Source: an uncultured cyanobacterium
GTDB taxonomy: Bacteria; Cyanobacteriota; Cyanobacteriia; Cyanobacteriales; Cyanobacteriaceae
Direction of reading: 5' to 3'
Length of the DNA: 64,000 nucleotides
Assembly: GCA_963749915.1 (NCBI GenBank)
Contig: CAVVOP010000022.1
Span: forward strand, 32,001-96,000
A program made the translations under genes and the position numbers. Positions 1 to 10,042 of the stretch are shown here, one piece after another. The notes beneath the pieces were generated by a model that saw only the letters and a program-made list of their open reading frames with translations, was not told the origin of the DNA and did no database searches. Each line of letters starts with the position of its first letter. The stretch's first letter is position 1.

Positions 1-201
1 CGGCATATACATTCTTGTTGCAATCCCACCAACAACCACAAAAGGAGCTTGTTTTAAGATTAAGTTTAGATTACTCACTGGATAAGTCCAACTACGTTGA
101 TGTAAAAATTCTAAACTGCTACCACTACCAGATTTTATTCGTTTTTCAACCAGACCGAGAAAAAATCTTCTTTTTTGTGCCGATAAATCTTGAACTAACA
201 T
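1..201 (-). CDS. 5' part of a putative nucleotidyltransferase-like protein (runs off the window edge; not in the ORF track)
   Basis: Manual translation from ATG at 201: MLVQDLSAQKRRFFLGLVEKRIKSGSGSSLEFLHQRSWTYPVSNLNLILKQAPFVVVGGIATRMYMP, open to base 1. The hhhGGhA motif resembles the first motif of minimal nucleotidyltransferases. Confidence 0.6.
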   Translation of the reverse strand, partial: MLVQDLSAQKRRFFLGLVEKRIKSGSGSSLEFLHQRSWTYPVSNLNLILKQAPFVVVGGIATRMYMP

Positions 202-373
202 GGGTATAAATTTATTTTATTTCAGTAAATGAAAGGTTGACGTTTTTTGAACTATTCTCCTTATTGATCGCGGATGTTGAAACTTTTTAAAAAAGTTTTG
301 TTAATAACGAAAACGAAAAAATAACTGAATTATTGTATATTGTAAAATGAATATAAAAAATATATAGTTATTT

Positions 374-2722
374 ATGACTAATAATTCTCCTTTCATCAGC
401 TATCACCAATATTTACAGGAACACTTCTCGGAAATTAATTTATCATCATTACCTCTATGGAAATCAGCAGAGGAAACAGATTGGGACAGTCCTTCTACGG
501 CTATAGAGTTAAATAATTTTGCCGTCGTAAATATTATTGAAGCAGAAAACACTCAGGATACTTCTTTAAGGCAATTTTATCTAGAATTGGCCATTGAAGC
601 CTTAGAAACGGCTTTAAATGTGGAAGAAACTAATCCTCTTTGTGTGGCACATTTGGGTATTATTAAAAATTTATTGGGTGAAACCAATCTTGGTTGCAAT
701 ATAGAATATTCTAATTTATTGACGCTTTTGCCTATTATTTTTACACAAAAAAATAATTTACCAGCTGGATTCGTTTATTTACCGATTCCATTAAGGAATA
801 AAGCAAAAAACAAGGAAAATTTACAAAAAATAATTAGTTTAGATAATGGCTATTTACAGGCTTTTTATCTATTAATTGCTGATTTAGAACAGTCACAGAT
901 GGTTTTTTACAACCCTTGGGGATTAAGGATGCTTAATTTAGTTAATCAAATAATACCTGATGCTGTTAATATTAAGCTCAATTTAGGCATAAGTAGTCTT
1001 TTTAATAAACAAGTCGAAGGTTTACTTTATCTATATCAAGCGGGACAATTAGAATCTCATAACAGTAGAGTTGTTCAATCTTTGTATCTTTGCTATTGTG
1101 ATCTCGACGATCAACAATTAGCTAATAGTTATTATCAATATGGCAATAATTATTATCAGCAAAATCGTGAAAATATAAACTGGCAATGGGCAAATTTACC
1201 ACTGGAAAATTCCTGGACTTATCTTAAATTTGATGATAATTTATTAATGGCTGTGGAAGCTAGTTTCAAATCTATTGTTACGGCTGTTTTATTGGCACAA
1301 GAAGATTGGTTTGAGAAAGAAATGGAGTTATGGCGAGATGAAATTAAGCCTAATATGACAGTAATTGATGTGGGTGCCAATGTTGGTGTTTATACCTTTA
1401 GTGCCGCTAAAAGAGTCGGAAAAAATGGAAAAGTAATAGCAGTTGAACCGTTTTTTGGCTGTGTAGAATGTTTAGAGGAAACCCGTAGAATCAACAAATT
1501 AGATTGGGTGAATATTTGTGCTGGTGCGGCAGGAGATAGCAATAAAACTGTTAAACTATCCTTACATCAAGCCAGTGAATTAAACGAAATTATTAAAGAC
1601 GATTCAGGTCTCCAAGGCAATTATCAAGAGGTGGAATGTTTTACCCTCGATAGTTTAGTGGAAAAATATAATTTATCTACCGTTGACTGGTTAAAATTAG
1701 ATGCCGAAGGTAACGAAATTGAAGTATTACTCGGTAGCAGTCGCATTTTATCGGACTTTAAGCCCAGTATCTTATACGAAAATATCGCCGGTAGTCAAGG
1801 AAATAATATCCCCGTCGCTCAATATTTACTGAGTATTGGCTATGAGTTGTTCTATTATCAACCCTTTCTTAAACAATTAATTCAACTTGAATCACTAGAA
1901 GAATTATCAGGTAAATTAAATATTATTGCACTACCAAGGATAAACCAATCAGATATATCCAATTTACCCAAAGCCCAAGCAGAAGATTTTGTCGGAAGGT
2001 TTAGAGAAATCTTGGCCGATCCAAGTAATAAATATATTCCTAGATGTGAAAATGCCGGCAAACTAGAAAATGGTTATGTGATCATGCACAACGGGTTAAA
2101 AGTTTTTCCTACTTATTATGGTAATTTCTCTCAAATTCTTATCTTCAATAAGGGAGTTCACGAACCACAAGAAGAAAGAATGTTTATGGAAGTTTTAAAA
2201 TATATAAAACCAGGTGGGACAATGATTGAATTGGGGGCTTATTGGTCTTTTTATTCAATGTGGTTTCACCAACAAATACCCGATGCAAGGAATTATATGA
2301 TTGAACCGGATCCCAATAATATTCGTTGTGGAGTTGATAACTTTGAACTTAATAACATGATCGGTAATTTTGTTATTGGTGGAATAGGTGAAGGGGGAAT
2401 AGTTCTCAACGATTTTATGTCAGATAATGAGATTGATTATATAGATTTATTACATTTAGATATTCAGGGGACTGAATTATATTTTTTAAAAAATACTGAA
2501 ATTATCTTTTTAGAAAAAAAAGTTGGCTATATTTTTATCTCAACTCATAGTCAGGATTTACACTCACAATGTATGCAGTTTTTGCAAGATCATGATTACA
2601 TGATTTTAGCTTCGGCAGATTTTGAGAATGAAACTTATTGTTATGATGGTGTTATTGTAGCAAGAGATAATAATATACAAGGACTAAGTCCTATTAAACT
2701 TGACGTCCGGAAATGTGTTTAA
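374..2722 (+). CDS. FkbM-family methyltransferase with a helical (TPR-like) N-terminus and two methyltransferase domains
   Basis: First domain: VIDVGANVG, AVEP, LKLDAEGNE. Second domain: MIELGAYWS, MIEP, LHLDIQGTE. Confidence 0.8.
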   Translation: MTNNSPFISYHQYLQEHFSEINLSSLPLWKSAEETDWDSPSTAIELNNFAVVNIIEAENTQDTSLRQFYLELAIEALETALNVEETNPLCVAHLGIIKNLLGETNLGCNIEYSNLLTLLPIIFTQKNNLPAGFVYLPIPLRNKAKNKENLQKIISLDNGYLQAFYLLIADLEQSQMVFYNPWGLRMLNLVNQIIPDAVNIKLNLGISSLFNKQVEGLLYLYQAGQLESHNSRVVQSLYLCYCDLDDQQLANSYYQYGNNYYQQNRENINWQWANLPLENSWTYLKFDDNLLMAVEASFKSIVTAVLLAQEDWFEKEMELWRDEIKPNMTVIDVGANVGVYTFSAAKRVGKNGKVIAVEPFFGCVECLEETRRINKLDWVNICAGAAGDSNKTVKLSLHQASELNEIIKDDSGLQGNYQEVECFTLDSLVEKYNLSTVDWLKLDAEGNEIEVLLGSSRILSDFKPSILYENIAGSQGNNIPVAQYLLSIGYELFYYQPFLKQLIQLESLEELSGKLNIIALPRINQSDISNLPKAQAEDFVGRFREILADPSNKYIPRCENAGKLENGYVIMHNGLKVFPTYYGNFSQILIFNKGVHEPQEERMFMEVLKYIKPGGTMIELGAYWSFYSMWFHQQIPDARNYMIEPDPNNIRCGVDNFELNNMIGNFVIGGIGEGGIVLNDFMSDNEIDYIDLLHLDIQGTELYFLKNTEIIFLEKKVGYIFISTHSQDLHSQCMQFLQDHDYMILASADFENETYCYDGVIVARDNNIQGLSPIKLDVRKCV

Positions 2723-2787
2723 AAGCTAAAAAGTTACATTACCCTATTTTTATACTGATAAAATCAGCTTAATGTTAATTATTGATT

Positions 2788-3990
2788 ATGATTTACGATT
2801 TTGCAATTATTGGCGGTGGTATTGTCGGGTTAGCTACGGCGATCGCCTTACAAGAAAAATATCCCGAGAGAACAATTATCTTAGTAGAAAAAGAAAGTAA
2901 ATGTGCCGCCCATCAAACAGGGCATAATAGCGGAGTGATACATTCAGGAGTATATTATAAACCCGGCAGTTATAAGGCAATTTTAACCACCAAAGGAAAT
3001 CGAGAATTAGTCAAGTTTTGTCAACAACACAATATCAATCATGATGTGTGCGGTAAATTAATTGTCGCTTGTCAAGAAAAAGAATTACCCCTCCTTGAAA
3101 ATTTATATCAGCGGGGTTTGGATAATGGCATCCCCGTAAAAAAAGTATCAGCTGAAGAAGTCAAAGAAATCGAGCCTTACGTTAGTTGTTTAGCTGCAAT
3201 ACAAGTACCAACGGCGGGAATTGTTGACTATAAGCAAGTGGCTCAAAAATACGCTGAAATCTTCACCCATAAAGGCGGAGAAATTAAATTCAAGACTAAA
3301 GTAATTAAAATAAATTCTCAATCTTCAGGGCCTATTTTAATCACTAATCAAGGAGACATCACCACTAAATATCTCATCAACTGCGGTGGTTTATATAGCG
3401 ATCGCATCGCCAAATTAGGGGGTACTGATGCGAAAATGAAAATTATACCCTTCCGAGGCGAATATTATGAATTAAAGCCTGAAAAACGCTATTTGGTGAA
3501 ACATTTAATCTACCCTGTACCAAATCCAGATTTTCCATTCTTAGGGGTACACTTCACCCGTTTAATTGACGGAAATATTCATGCAGGACCTAATGCTGTG
3601 TTAAGTTTAAAACGAGAGGGCTATAAAAAAACCGACTTTGACTTAGGAGAATTTGCCGAAATTGTTACCTATCCGGGGTTATGGAAATTAGTGCTTAAAT
3701 ATTATGCTGAAGGGATGGAAGAAATTATCCGTTCTTTCAGTAAAGCGGCTTTTGTCCGTAGTTTGCAAACCCTCATTCCCCAAGTACAAGCCAATGATCT
3801 TATTCCTTCTCCTGGTGGAGTGAGGGCACAAGCACTCAAAACCGACGGCAAATTAGTAGAAGACTTTTTAATTATACCCACTGAAAACGCTCTTCATGTC
3901 TGTAATGCCCCTTCCCCTGCTGCTACTGCCTCCCTGGAAATTGGGAAAGCCATTTGTGAGCAAATTTCTAGTAAACCTCTTTTCAAGTGA
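2788..3990 (+). CDS. lhgO: L-2-hydroxyglutarate oxidase
   Basis: GGGIVG FAD motif, HQTGHNSGVIHSG, PFLGVHFT, NAPSPAATASL. ATG at 2788 preferred over TTG at 2782. Confidence 0.92.
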   Translation: MIYDFAIIGGGIVGLATAIALQEKYPERTIILVEKESKCAAHQTGHNSGVIHSGVYYKPGSYKAILTTKGNRELVKFCQQHNINHDVCGKLIVACQEKELPLLENLYQRGLDNGIPVKKVSAEEVKEIEPYVSCLAAIQVPTAGIVDYKQVAQKYAEIFTHKGGEIKFKTKVIKINSQSSGPILITNQGDITTKYLINCGGLYSDRIAKLGGTDAKMKIIPFRGEYYELKPEKRYLVKHLIYPVPNPDFPFLGVHFTRLIDGNIHAGPNAVLSLKREGYKKTDFDLGEFAEIVTYPGLWKLVLKYYAEGMEEIIRSFSKAAFVRSLQTLIPQVQANDLIPSPGGVRAQALKTDGKLVEDFLIIPTENALHVCNAPSPAATASLEIGKAICEQISSKPLFK

Positions 3991-4038
3991 TTAAGTAACA
4001 AAGTTAATTGTATTCAGAAAAAATGAGTAATTGAATCT

Positions 4039-5685
4039 ATGGTAAATATCACTCAAGTATTTGATGGGTTGACGAAGAAAAAAGCATTAAAAGATTATAT
4101 TCTAGGTGCTATCGATATTGGCACAAATTCCATACATATGGTCGTAGTGCAAATTAATTCTCAAATTCCCTCTTTCCGTATTATTGCCAAAGAAAAAGAT
4201 ACTGTTAGACTTGGCGATCGCGATCCCGAAACAGGTAATCTTACAGAGGAAGCCATCAATCGTTCTTTAGCCGCCCTGAAGCGATGTAAACACCTAGCGG
4301 AAAGTTTAAAAGCCGATCAAATTATTGCCGTAGCTACCAGTGCCACAAGAGAAGCACCCAACGGCAATGAATTTTTAAGAAAAATAGAATCAGAATTAAG
4401 CATTTTTGTCGATTTAATTTCTGGCCAGGAAGAAGCCCGAAGAATTTATCTAGGAGTCTTATCGGGCATGGATTTTGGCGGAAAAGTTCACGCTATGATT
4501 GATATTGGTGGAGGCTCAACAGAGATAGTATTAGGAGATGGTCAAGAAGCCAGATTTTTAAGTAGCACTAAAATAGGAGCTGTTCGTCTCACACGCGATT
4601 TAATTCATAGCGATCCTATTAATAATCGAGAATTTATTACTTTGCAGGCGTATATTCGAGGGATGTTAGAACGCCCTGTAGAAGAATTTAAAAATGCCCT
4701 CAATCCAGGAGAAAAGCCTATTTTAGTGGGCACATCGGGCACGGCGGAAACTTTAGCGTTAATTCATTATAGCCTCCATCAAGAAGCTGAACCTTTAACC
4801 TTGAATGGTTATCGAATACCACTAAAAGATATAGAGAGAATTTTAAATCAACTCATCTCTATGAATTACTCTCAACGTGCCACCTTACCCGGAATGTCTG
4901 AACGCAGAGCGGAAATTATTATCGCGGGGGTTACAATTTTACTAGAGGCTATGAAAATGTTGGAGATGGAAGACCTTAACATTTGTGAACGTGCCTTGCG
5001 AGAAGGAGTAATTGTGGATTGGATGTTGCAACACGGTTACATTGAAGATCGTCTAGCTTTTCAAGGAGAGGTTCGCCCCCGTAATATTTACAAAATTGCC
5101 CATAAATATCAAGTCGATTTACCTCATGCCGAAAAAATCGCCGATTTTGCCCTAAATATCTTTGATTCCACAAAAAATCAATTACATTCTTGGGGGGATT
5201 TAGAGCGAGAATATCTTTGGTCGGCAACTATCCTACATAATTCTGGTTTATATATCTCCCATTCTGCCCATCATAAACACTCTTATTATTTAATTCGCAA
5301 TGCTGAATTGTTAGGGTTTACCGAAATCGAAATCGAATTGATCGCCCAAATTGCCCGTTATCACCGTAAAAGTAAACCGAAGCGAAAACATGAAACCTAT
5401 GCTTGTTTATCAGATTCCCATCGTAAAATAATTAAACAATTAAGTGCTATTCTCAGATTAGCGATCGCCCTCGATCGTCGTCAAATTGGAGCCATAAAAA
5501 GTCTAGAATGTAGATATGACAACGAATATAAACAATTACATTTACACCTAACGCCAACTCAACCTAATGATGATTGTGCCTTAGAACTATGGAATTTAGA
5601 CTACAAAAAGCCAATTTTTGAACAAGAATATCAAGTTAAAGTTCTAACTACACTACATAAACCCTACATTGCACAGGTTTCCTAA
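4039..5685 (+). CDS. ppx: Ppx/GppA exopolyphosphatase
   Basis: AIDIGTNS, ATSATREA, DIGGGSTE, ALREG and a C-terminal HD-like domain. Confidence 0.92.
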   Translation: MVNITQVFDGLTKKKALKDYILGAIDIGTNSIHMVVVQINSQIPSFRIIAKEKDTVRLGDRDPETGNLTEEAINRSLAALKRCKHLAESLKADQIIAVATSATREAPNGNEFLRKIESELSIFVDLISGQEEARRIYLGVLSGMDFGGKVHAMIDIGGGSTEIVLGDGQEARFLSSTKIGAVRLTRDLIHSDPINNREFITLQAYIRGMLERPVEEFKNALNPGEKPILVGTSGTAETLALIHYSLHQEAEPLTLNGYRIPLKDIERILNQLISMNYSQRATLPGMSERRAEIIIAGVTILLEAMKMLEMEDLNICERALREGVIVDWMLQHGYIEDRLAFQGEVRPRNIYKIAHKYQVDLPHAEKIADFALNIFDSTKNQLHSWGDLEREYLWSATILHNSGLYISHSAHHKHSYYLIRNAELLGFTEIEIELIAQIARYHRKSKPKRKHETYACLSDSHRKIIKQLSAILRLAIALDRRQIGAIKSLECRYDNEYKQLHLHLTPTQPNDDCALELWNLDYKKPIFEQEYQVKVLTTLHKPYIAQVS

Positions 5686-5705
5686 CAGAGGAAATAATAT
5701 TTATG

Positions 5706-6281
5706 TCATAATTTCATATTTTCATAGTCTTGAGGGGTATTGCAATTAAACAATGTTTGCCTATTTTTAACTACTAATTCCTCGACTATTTCTTGATTTA
5801 ACCATCGCTGAAAAGATCGATTTCCTCCTTCTATAGATTTTTGTAAAGAATTTTGACAATGGCGGCGATAAAAACCACATAAACATTCCCAACCCTTTTC
5901 ATTTTTCGGTAAAAAGGCCATAGTATTTTCGGGAATATTGGACAGAGAATTAATCCAATTTTTAAGATCATTTATTGTTAAAAAAGGTAAATCACAGGCT
6001 AAGAGTAAAACCCAATCAGAATCGATATAATTTAAAGCCCCAGAAAAAGCCATTAACCCCCCCTGAAAATTTGATGATTCGGAAATAAAATTACAATTTA
6101 CAGGCAAGATAGAAGCATATTTTTCAGCCCAAGGAGTCATAATATAAACTTGAGCGGTACATTGTTTAGCTATATGATAAATTTTACTTAATAAAGGTTC
6201 TCCATTTATCTCTAATAAAGCCTTATCTTTCTGCATCCTAGAACTTTTCCCCCCCGCCAAAATAACCGTCACAATTTTCAT
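5706..6281 (-). CDS. mobA: Molybdenum cofactor guanylyltransferase
   Basis: ILAGGKSSRM...DKAL, LLLACDLP, FNCNTP. Confidence 0.92.
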   Translation of the reverse strand: MKIVTVILAGGKSSRMQKDKALLEINGEPLLSKIYHIAKQCTAQVYIMTPWAEKYASILPVNCNFISESSNFQGGLMAFSGALNYIDSDWVLLLACDLPFLTINDLKNWINSLSNIPENTMAFLPKNEKGWECLCGFYRRHCQNSLQKSIEGGNRSFQRWLNQEIVEELVVKNRQTLFNCNTPQDYENMKL

Positions 6282-6328
6282 AAATTAATCAGCAATTATT
6301 AATTATCAATTATCAATTATTTATTGTC

Positions 6329-6802
6329 ATGGCAATCAGAATCAAAGTTTCTCAAGATAAAGCCAATTTAGTACAAAGTTTAGTTTTAAATAACGAAAAT
6401 CCTCAAGGAGTATTTGCCACTTATGCAGATGCAATGGCTTTTGCAGCAGCATTGGGCAAAAAAAATAAACTCAGATTACCATTAGATGTCATTGCCAAAG
6501 AACCATCTCCCATCAGTTTAGATGTTTTTAGTACTCGTGGATATGATCTTTTATTTAAACTTATAGCTATTACTGAAACCAGTAATCCCCAAATTATCTC
6601 TGCTTATAATATCACGGCAGAAGAAGAAAGAGTCACTATTTTTGAAGAATATGCTAATGGAGGATTAATGAAGCTACAAGAACAACTCAAAGGATCAGTC
6701 GATTATGGTGAGAGAATTTTATTGATTTTAAGTCAGGCAAAAAACCAACAATCGCAAACAACTTCTACTAATTTCGATTTAACTAAATTTTTAGAAGAAT
6801 AA
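6329..6802 (+). CDS. DNA phosphorothioation (dnd)-associated protein 4-like
   Basis: RIKVSQDKANLV...FATYADAMAFAAALG...IFEEYANGGL resembles the cyanobacterial dnd-associated protein 4 family (recognised from memory). Confidence 0.75.
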   Translation: MAIRIKVSQDKANLVQSLVLNNENPQGVFATYADAMAFAAALGKKNKLRLPLDVIAKEPSPISLDVFSTRGYDLLFKLIAITETSNPQIISAYNITAEEERVTIFEEYANGGLMKLQEQLKGSVDYGERILLILSQAKNQQSQTTSTNFDLTKFLEE

Positions 6803-6843
6803 ACAGTTTTTGATGTTGCCAAAATCTATTAATTATTAATTAT

Positions 6844-8226
6844 TTATTCCTCTCCGCCGACAACTACATCTTTAATACGCAAACTAGGACCTCCACAGCC
6901 TACAGCTAAACCACCTTGTCCACCTTTTCCACAACCCCCAGATTCATCCCAGTAAAAATCATCACCAATGGCTTCTATATTCCCTAGAGTTTTAAAGACA
7001 TTACCTGATAAAGTAACATTTTTGACTGGTTCGGCAATCTTTCCGTCTCGAATCATCCATGCTTCCCCTGGGGTAAAGGTAAACATTTCGCCGTTGGTCA
7101 TGCCTCCTAACCAATTGGCGGCATAAACTCCTTCTTTGATGTGGGTGAATAGATCCGCCACGGGGGTTTTACCTCTGCCAATCCAAGTGTTAGTCATTCT
7201 GACGATGGGAGGATAATGATAATTTAAGCATCTGGCGTTACCTGTGGGTTTTTCCCCCAATTTTCCGGCAGTTTCACGGGAATGTAAACGTCCCGCTAAA
7301 ATACCATCTTTGATTAATTGAGTCGTGGTGGCGGGTGTGCCCTCATCATCATAATAATAACTGCCTCGGTGTCCTTCTAGCATTGCACCGTCAAAAATCT
7401 GTAAAAATTCTTCGCCAAATTTGCGTCCCATGGTCATGACTTCTAATAAATCGGGGTTTTCGTAAGCCATATCGGCTTCTGATAAATGCCCAAAGGCTTC
7501 ATGGACGAATAAACCTGTTAAAATGGGATCAATTACCACGTCATATGTACCACCTTTCACCGATGGCAGACTTAAGGCGTTGACTGCCCGTTTTGCCGCA
7601 TTTTCTACCTTTATATCTAAGTTGGTTAAATCTTCATAGGCTTTTTTTGTGCCGGTGGTTTCTCTGCCCGTTTGCACCAATTCCCCATTTTTGGCGGTGG
7701 CACTAAACCTCATTTCACAATCAATCCACCATTGCTCAATCATACTTCCTTCGGAGGTTGCCAATAAAACTGTTTGTTGAGAGTCTCGGTAACTAACATT
7801 AGAAGTTGTGATTTGTGGGTGATGTTCCCCTAAAATACGATTATAGCGATCGCAGAGTTGTTTTTTATCAAAAAGTGGAATTAAACGGGGATTTGAGCCT
7901 GTGAGGGGCAATTTGCAGCTGATTTGTATGGGGGATACAGGGGCTAAAATAGTCTCATCATCGCCCACTAAACGAGCGGAAGTAATGGCATCCTCTATTC
8001 TTTCTCTAAGTTGGGTTAAATCATTGAAAGTGGCAAAACCCCAACCCCCTTGATAACAAGCCCTAACCTGACCACCGACGGAGACTCCTTCGCTCAAGGT
8101 TTCGACTTGATTACCACGTAGAACAATGTTACTACCCTCTGCTTTTTCCAGGCGAATTGTCAAAAAATCAACTCGATGATGGTAATGATTAATTAAATCC
8201 GAGAGTTGATTACGGTAGTCTTCCAT
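6844..8226 (-). CDS. tldD: TldD/PmbA family metalloprotease
   Basis: HEAFGHLSEAD metal motif, DDEG, RMTNT, GGCGKGGQ. Confidence 0.9.
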   Translation of the reverse strand: MEDYRNQLSDLINHYHHRVDFLTIRLEKAEGSNIVLRGNQVETLSEGVSVGGQVRACYQGGWGFATFNDLTQLRERIEDAITSARLVGDDETILAPVSPIQISCKLPLTGSNPRLIPLFDKKQLCDRYNRILGEHHPQITTSNVSYRDSQQTVLLATSEGSMIEQWWIDCEMRFSATAKNGELVQTGRETTGTKKAYEDLTNLDIKVENAAKRAVNALSLPSVKGGTYDVVIDPILTGLFVHEAFGHLSEADMAYENPDLLEVMTMGRKFGEEFLQIFDGAMLEGHRGSYYYDDEGTPATTTQLIKDGILAGRLHSRETAGKLGEKPTGNARCLNYHYPPIVRMTNTWIGRGKTPVADLFTHIKEGVYAANWLGGMTNGEMFTFTPGEAWMIRDGKIAEPVKNVTLSGNVFKTLGNIEAIGDDFYWDESGGCGKGGQGGLAVGCGGPSLRIKDVVVGGEE

Positions 8227-8273
8227 GATGGTGATAGTTAGTTAGTGGCTTCTAACAATAATAGTAAACTTAA

Positions 8274-8834
8274 ATGATAAACTCAAAAATAATGAATAAT
8301 TCTCTTAAAGAATCCAATTTTCCCATATCCCCCCTAATCAAAATCACCTTACTTAATCTTTATTTTGCCTTAACAATTCCTCTACCATTTTTAGCCAAAT
8401 TTGCCGCCGTTAATCTTCCCCTGTGGCTTTTTTGCCTTTTTTTAATCTTAGGTGCCATCGCCATTTTTGCCATATTGAGTGAGAGAGTAATCCTCAATGA
8501 CGAAGGCATAAGGGTATCTTATCCTCAATGGGTATCATGGTTGTGGCGTAAAGGCTGGAGTTTGCCCTGGAGTGATATTGATAGCCTGAAAATGCGTACT
8601 ACTGGACAAGGAGGAATAGTATATTATTTTGTCACAAAAAGTAGGGATAAGGCCTACTTATTACCGATGAGGGTGTCAGGATTTAACAAAATGGTACAGG
8701 AAGTGCAAAACAAAACAAGCATTGATACAACCGATATTCGCCCGTTAGCACAACCTTGGATGTATCTTTTCTTGTTAGTGTTTACTTTTTTTCTCTGGTT
8801 AATAGATATTTGGACAATTGCTAACGCTATATAA
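8274..8834 (+). CDS. Conserved cyanobacterial membrane protein (hypothetical)
   Basis: 186 aa ORF with two N-terminal and one C-terminal hydrophobic segments. Confidence 0.7.
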   Translation: MINSKIMNNSLKESNFPISPLIKITLLNLYFALTIPLPFLAKFAAVNLPLWLFCLFLILGAIAIFAILSERVILNDEGIRVSYPQWVSWLWRKGWSLPWSDIDSLKMRTTGQGGIVYYFVTKSRDKAYLLPMRVSGFNKMVQEVQNKTSIDTTDIRPLAQPWMYLFLLVFTFFLWLIDIWTIANAI

Positions 8835-8895
8835 TTGTCAGCAATAAAAATGTCAAAATAAAAAGTTTTTGATTCTACATTCTACATTCTTAATT

Positions 8896-9072
8896 CTACT
8901 CTTCTCCTTCTTCTTCTTCTTTAGTGATATAAACAAAACTGTTGGATTTTCCAGTCAACACTGATTTACCCAAAGATAAGGCTTTTTGTGCTTGTACTTC
9001 AGCTTTTTTAATCCAATGGGCTCGACGTTGATTACGTTTAGATTTAGATGTTTTCTTTTTAGGTACTGCCAT
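8896..9072 (-). CDS. rpmF: 50S ribosomal protein L32 (not in the ORF track)
   Basis: Manual translation: [58 protein letters not shown], 58 aa. Confidence 0.97.
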   Translation of the reverse strand: MAVPKKKTSKSKRNQRRAHWIKKAEVQAQKALSLGKSVLTGKSNSFVYITKEEEEGEE

Positions 9073-9165
9073 AAAGTTAAAATAATAATTTGATGATCAG
9101 ACAATTTTACTATTCTAACCATAGTTGACATACTGTGACAATATTTTAAATTCCCGTGGGAAAGG

Positions 9166-9915
9166 TCAGTCATTTTCTACCAATTCAAAATTTGCTGTGA
9201 CATTTTGGACATCATCCAAGGATTCGAGGGAATCCATTAAACGCAGTAAGTATTTTGTCTGTTCTTGATCGCTAATTTCGATACTATTATTTGGTATCCA
9301 CCGCAATTCTACTTCTTTGACGGTAAAATGATGACTAGTCAATATTTGGTTTAAATTTTCTAATTGATCGATGGTAGTGAAAACTTCTACACCTTGATAA
9401 TCTTCCTCGTCAATAATGTCATAACTATCAGCATCAGCCTCTAAACAAGCCTCTAATAATTTTTCTTCTTCCACTTCCCCTTCAATAATAGCTATCCCTT
9501 TTTGAGCAAACATCCAACTAACGCAACCAGTTTCCCCCAGATTACCACCATTTTTGGTGAATGCCGAGCGAATATCTGCCGCCGTACGATTACGATTGTC
9601 TGTCAACGCTTCAACTAACACCGCAACCCCGCCGATACCGTAACCCTCATATCTGATTTCTTCTAAAATATTCTCATCATCGCTATATGTACCAGCACCT
9701 TTAGCGATCGCTCTTTCTATGTTATCATTGGGTATGGCCGCTGCCTTCGCCTTTTCGATAGCCGTACGCAACTGAAAATTACCTTCGGGATCGGGGATTC
9801 CCTTACGAGCGGCTACGATGATAGCACGAGAAAGTTGTGTAAAAGTTTTACCTTTTTTAGCATCAACGACGGCTTTTTTTCGTTTAATATTTGCCCATTT
9901 ACTATGTCCTGCCAT
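9166..9915 (-). CDS. yebC: YebC/PmpR family protein
   Basis: MAGHSKWANIK start at 9915, YEGYG, TDNRNRT, DDVQNV. Confidence 0.95.
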   Translation of the reverse strand: MAGHSKWANIKRKKAVVDAKKGKTFTQLSRAIIVAARKGIPDPEGNFQLRTAIEKAKAAAIPNDNIERAIAKGAGTYSDDENILEEIRYEGYGIGGVAVLVEALTDNRNRTAADIRSAFTKNGGNLGETGCVSWMFAQKGIAIIEGEVEEEKLLEACLEADADSYDIIDEEDYQGVEVFTTIDQLENLNQILTSHHFTVKEVELRWIPNNSIEISDQEQTKYLLRLMDSLESLDDVQNVTANFELVEND

Positions 9916-10042
9916 GATTTTTTGATTATTCAATCAAACCGTTGAAATGTCATTATTCATTATCAATTATTAATTATCTTATATTAATTAGTGGAAGAAA
10001 CCTTTCCCCTACATTGTCACCAAAAAACTTTTTCACCACATC

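Noticed and set aside
15..209. 64-aa plus-strand ORF
   Set aside because: It is antisense to a more protein-like minus-strand frame (1-201) and has no motif.
8955..9173. 72-aa ORF
   Set aside because: It is an out-of-frame overlap with rpmF.
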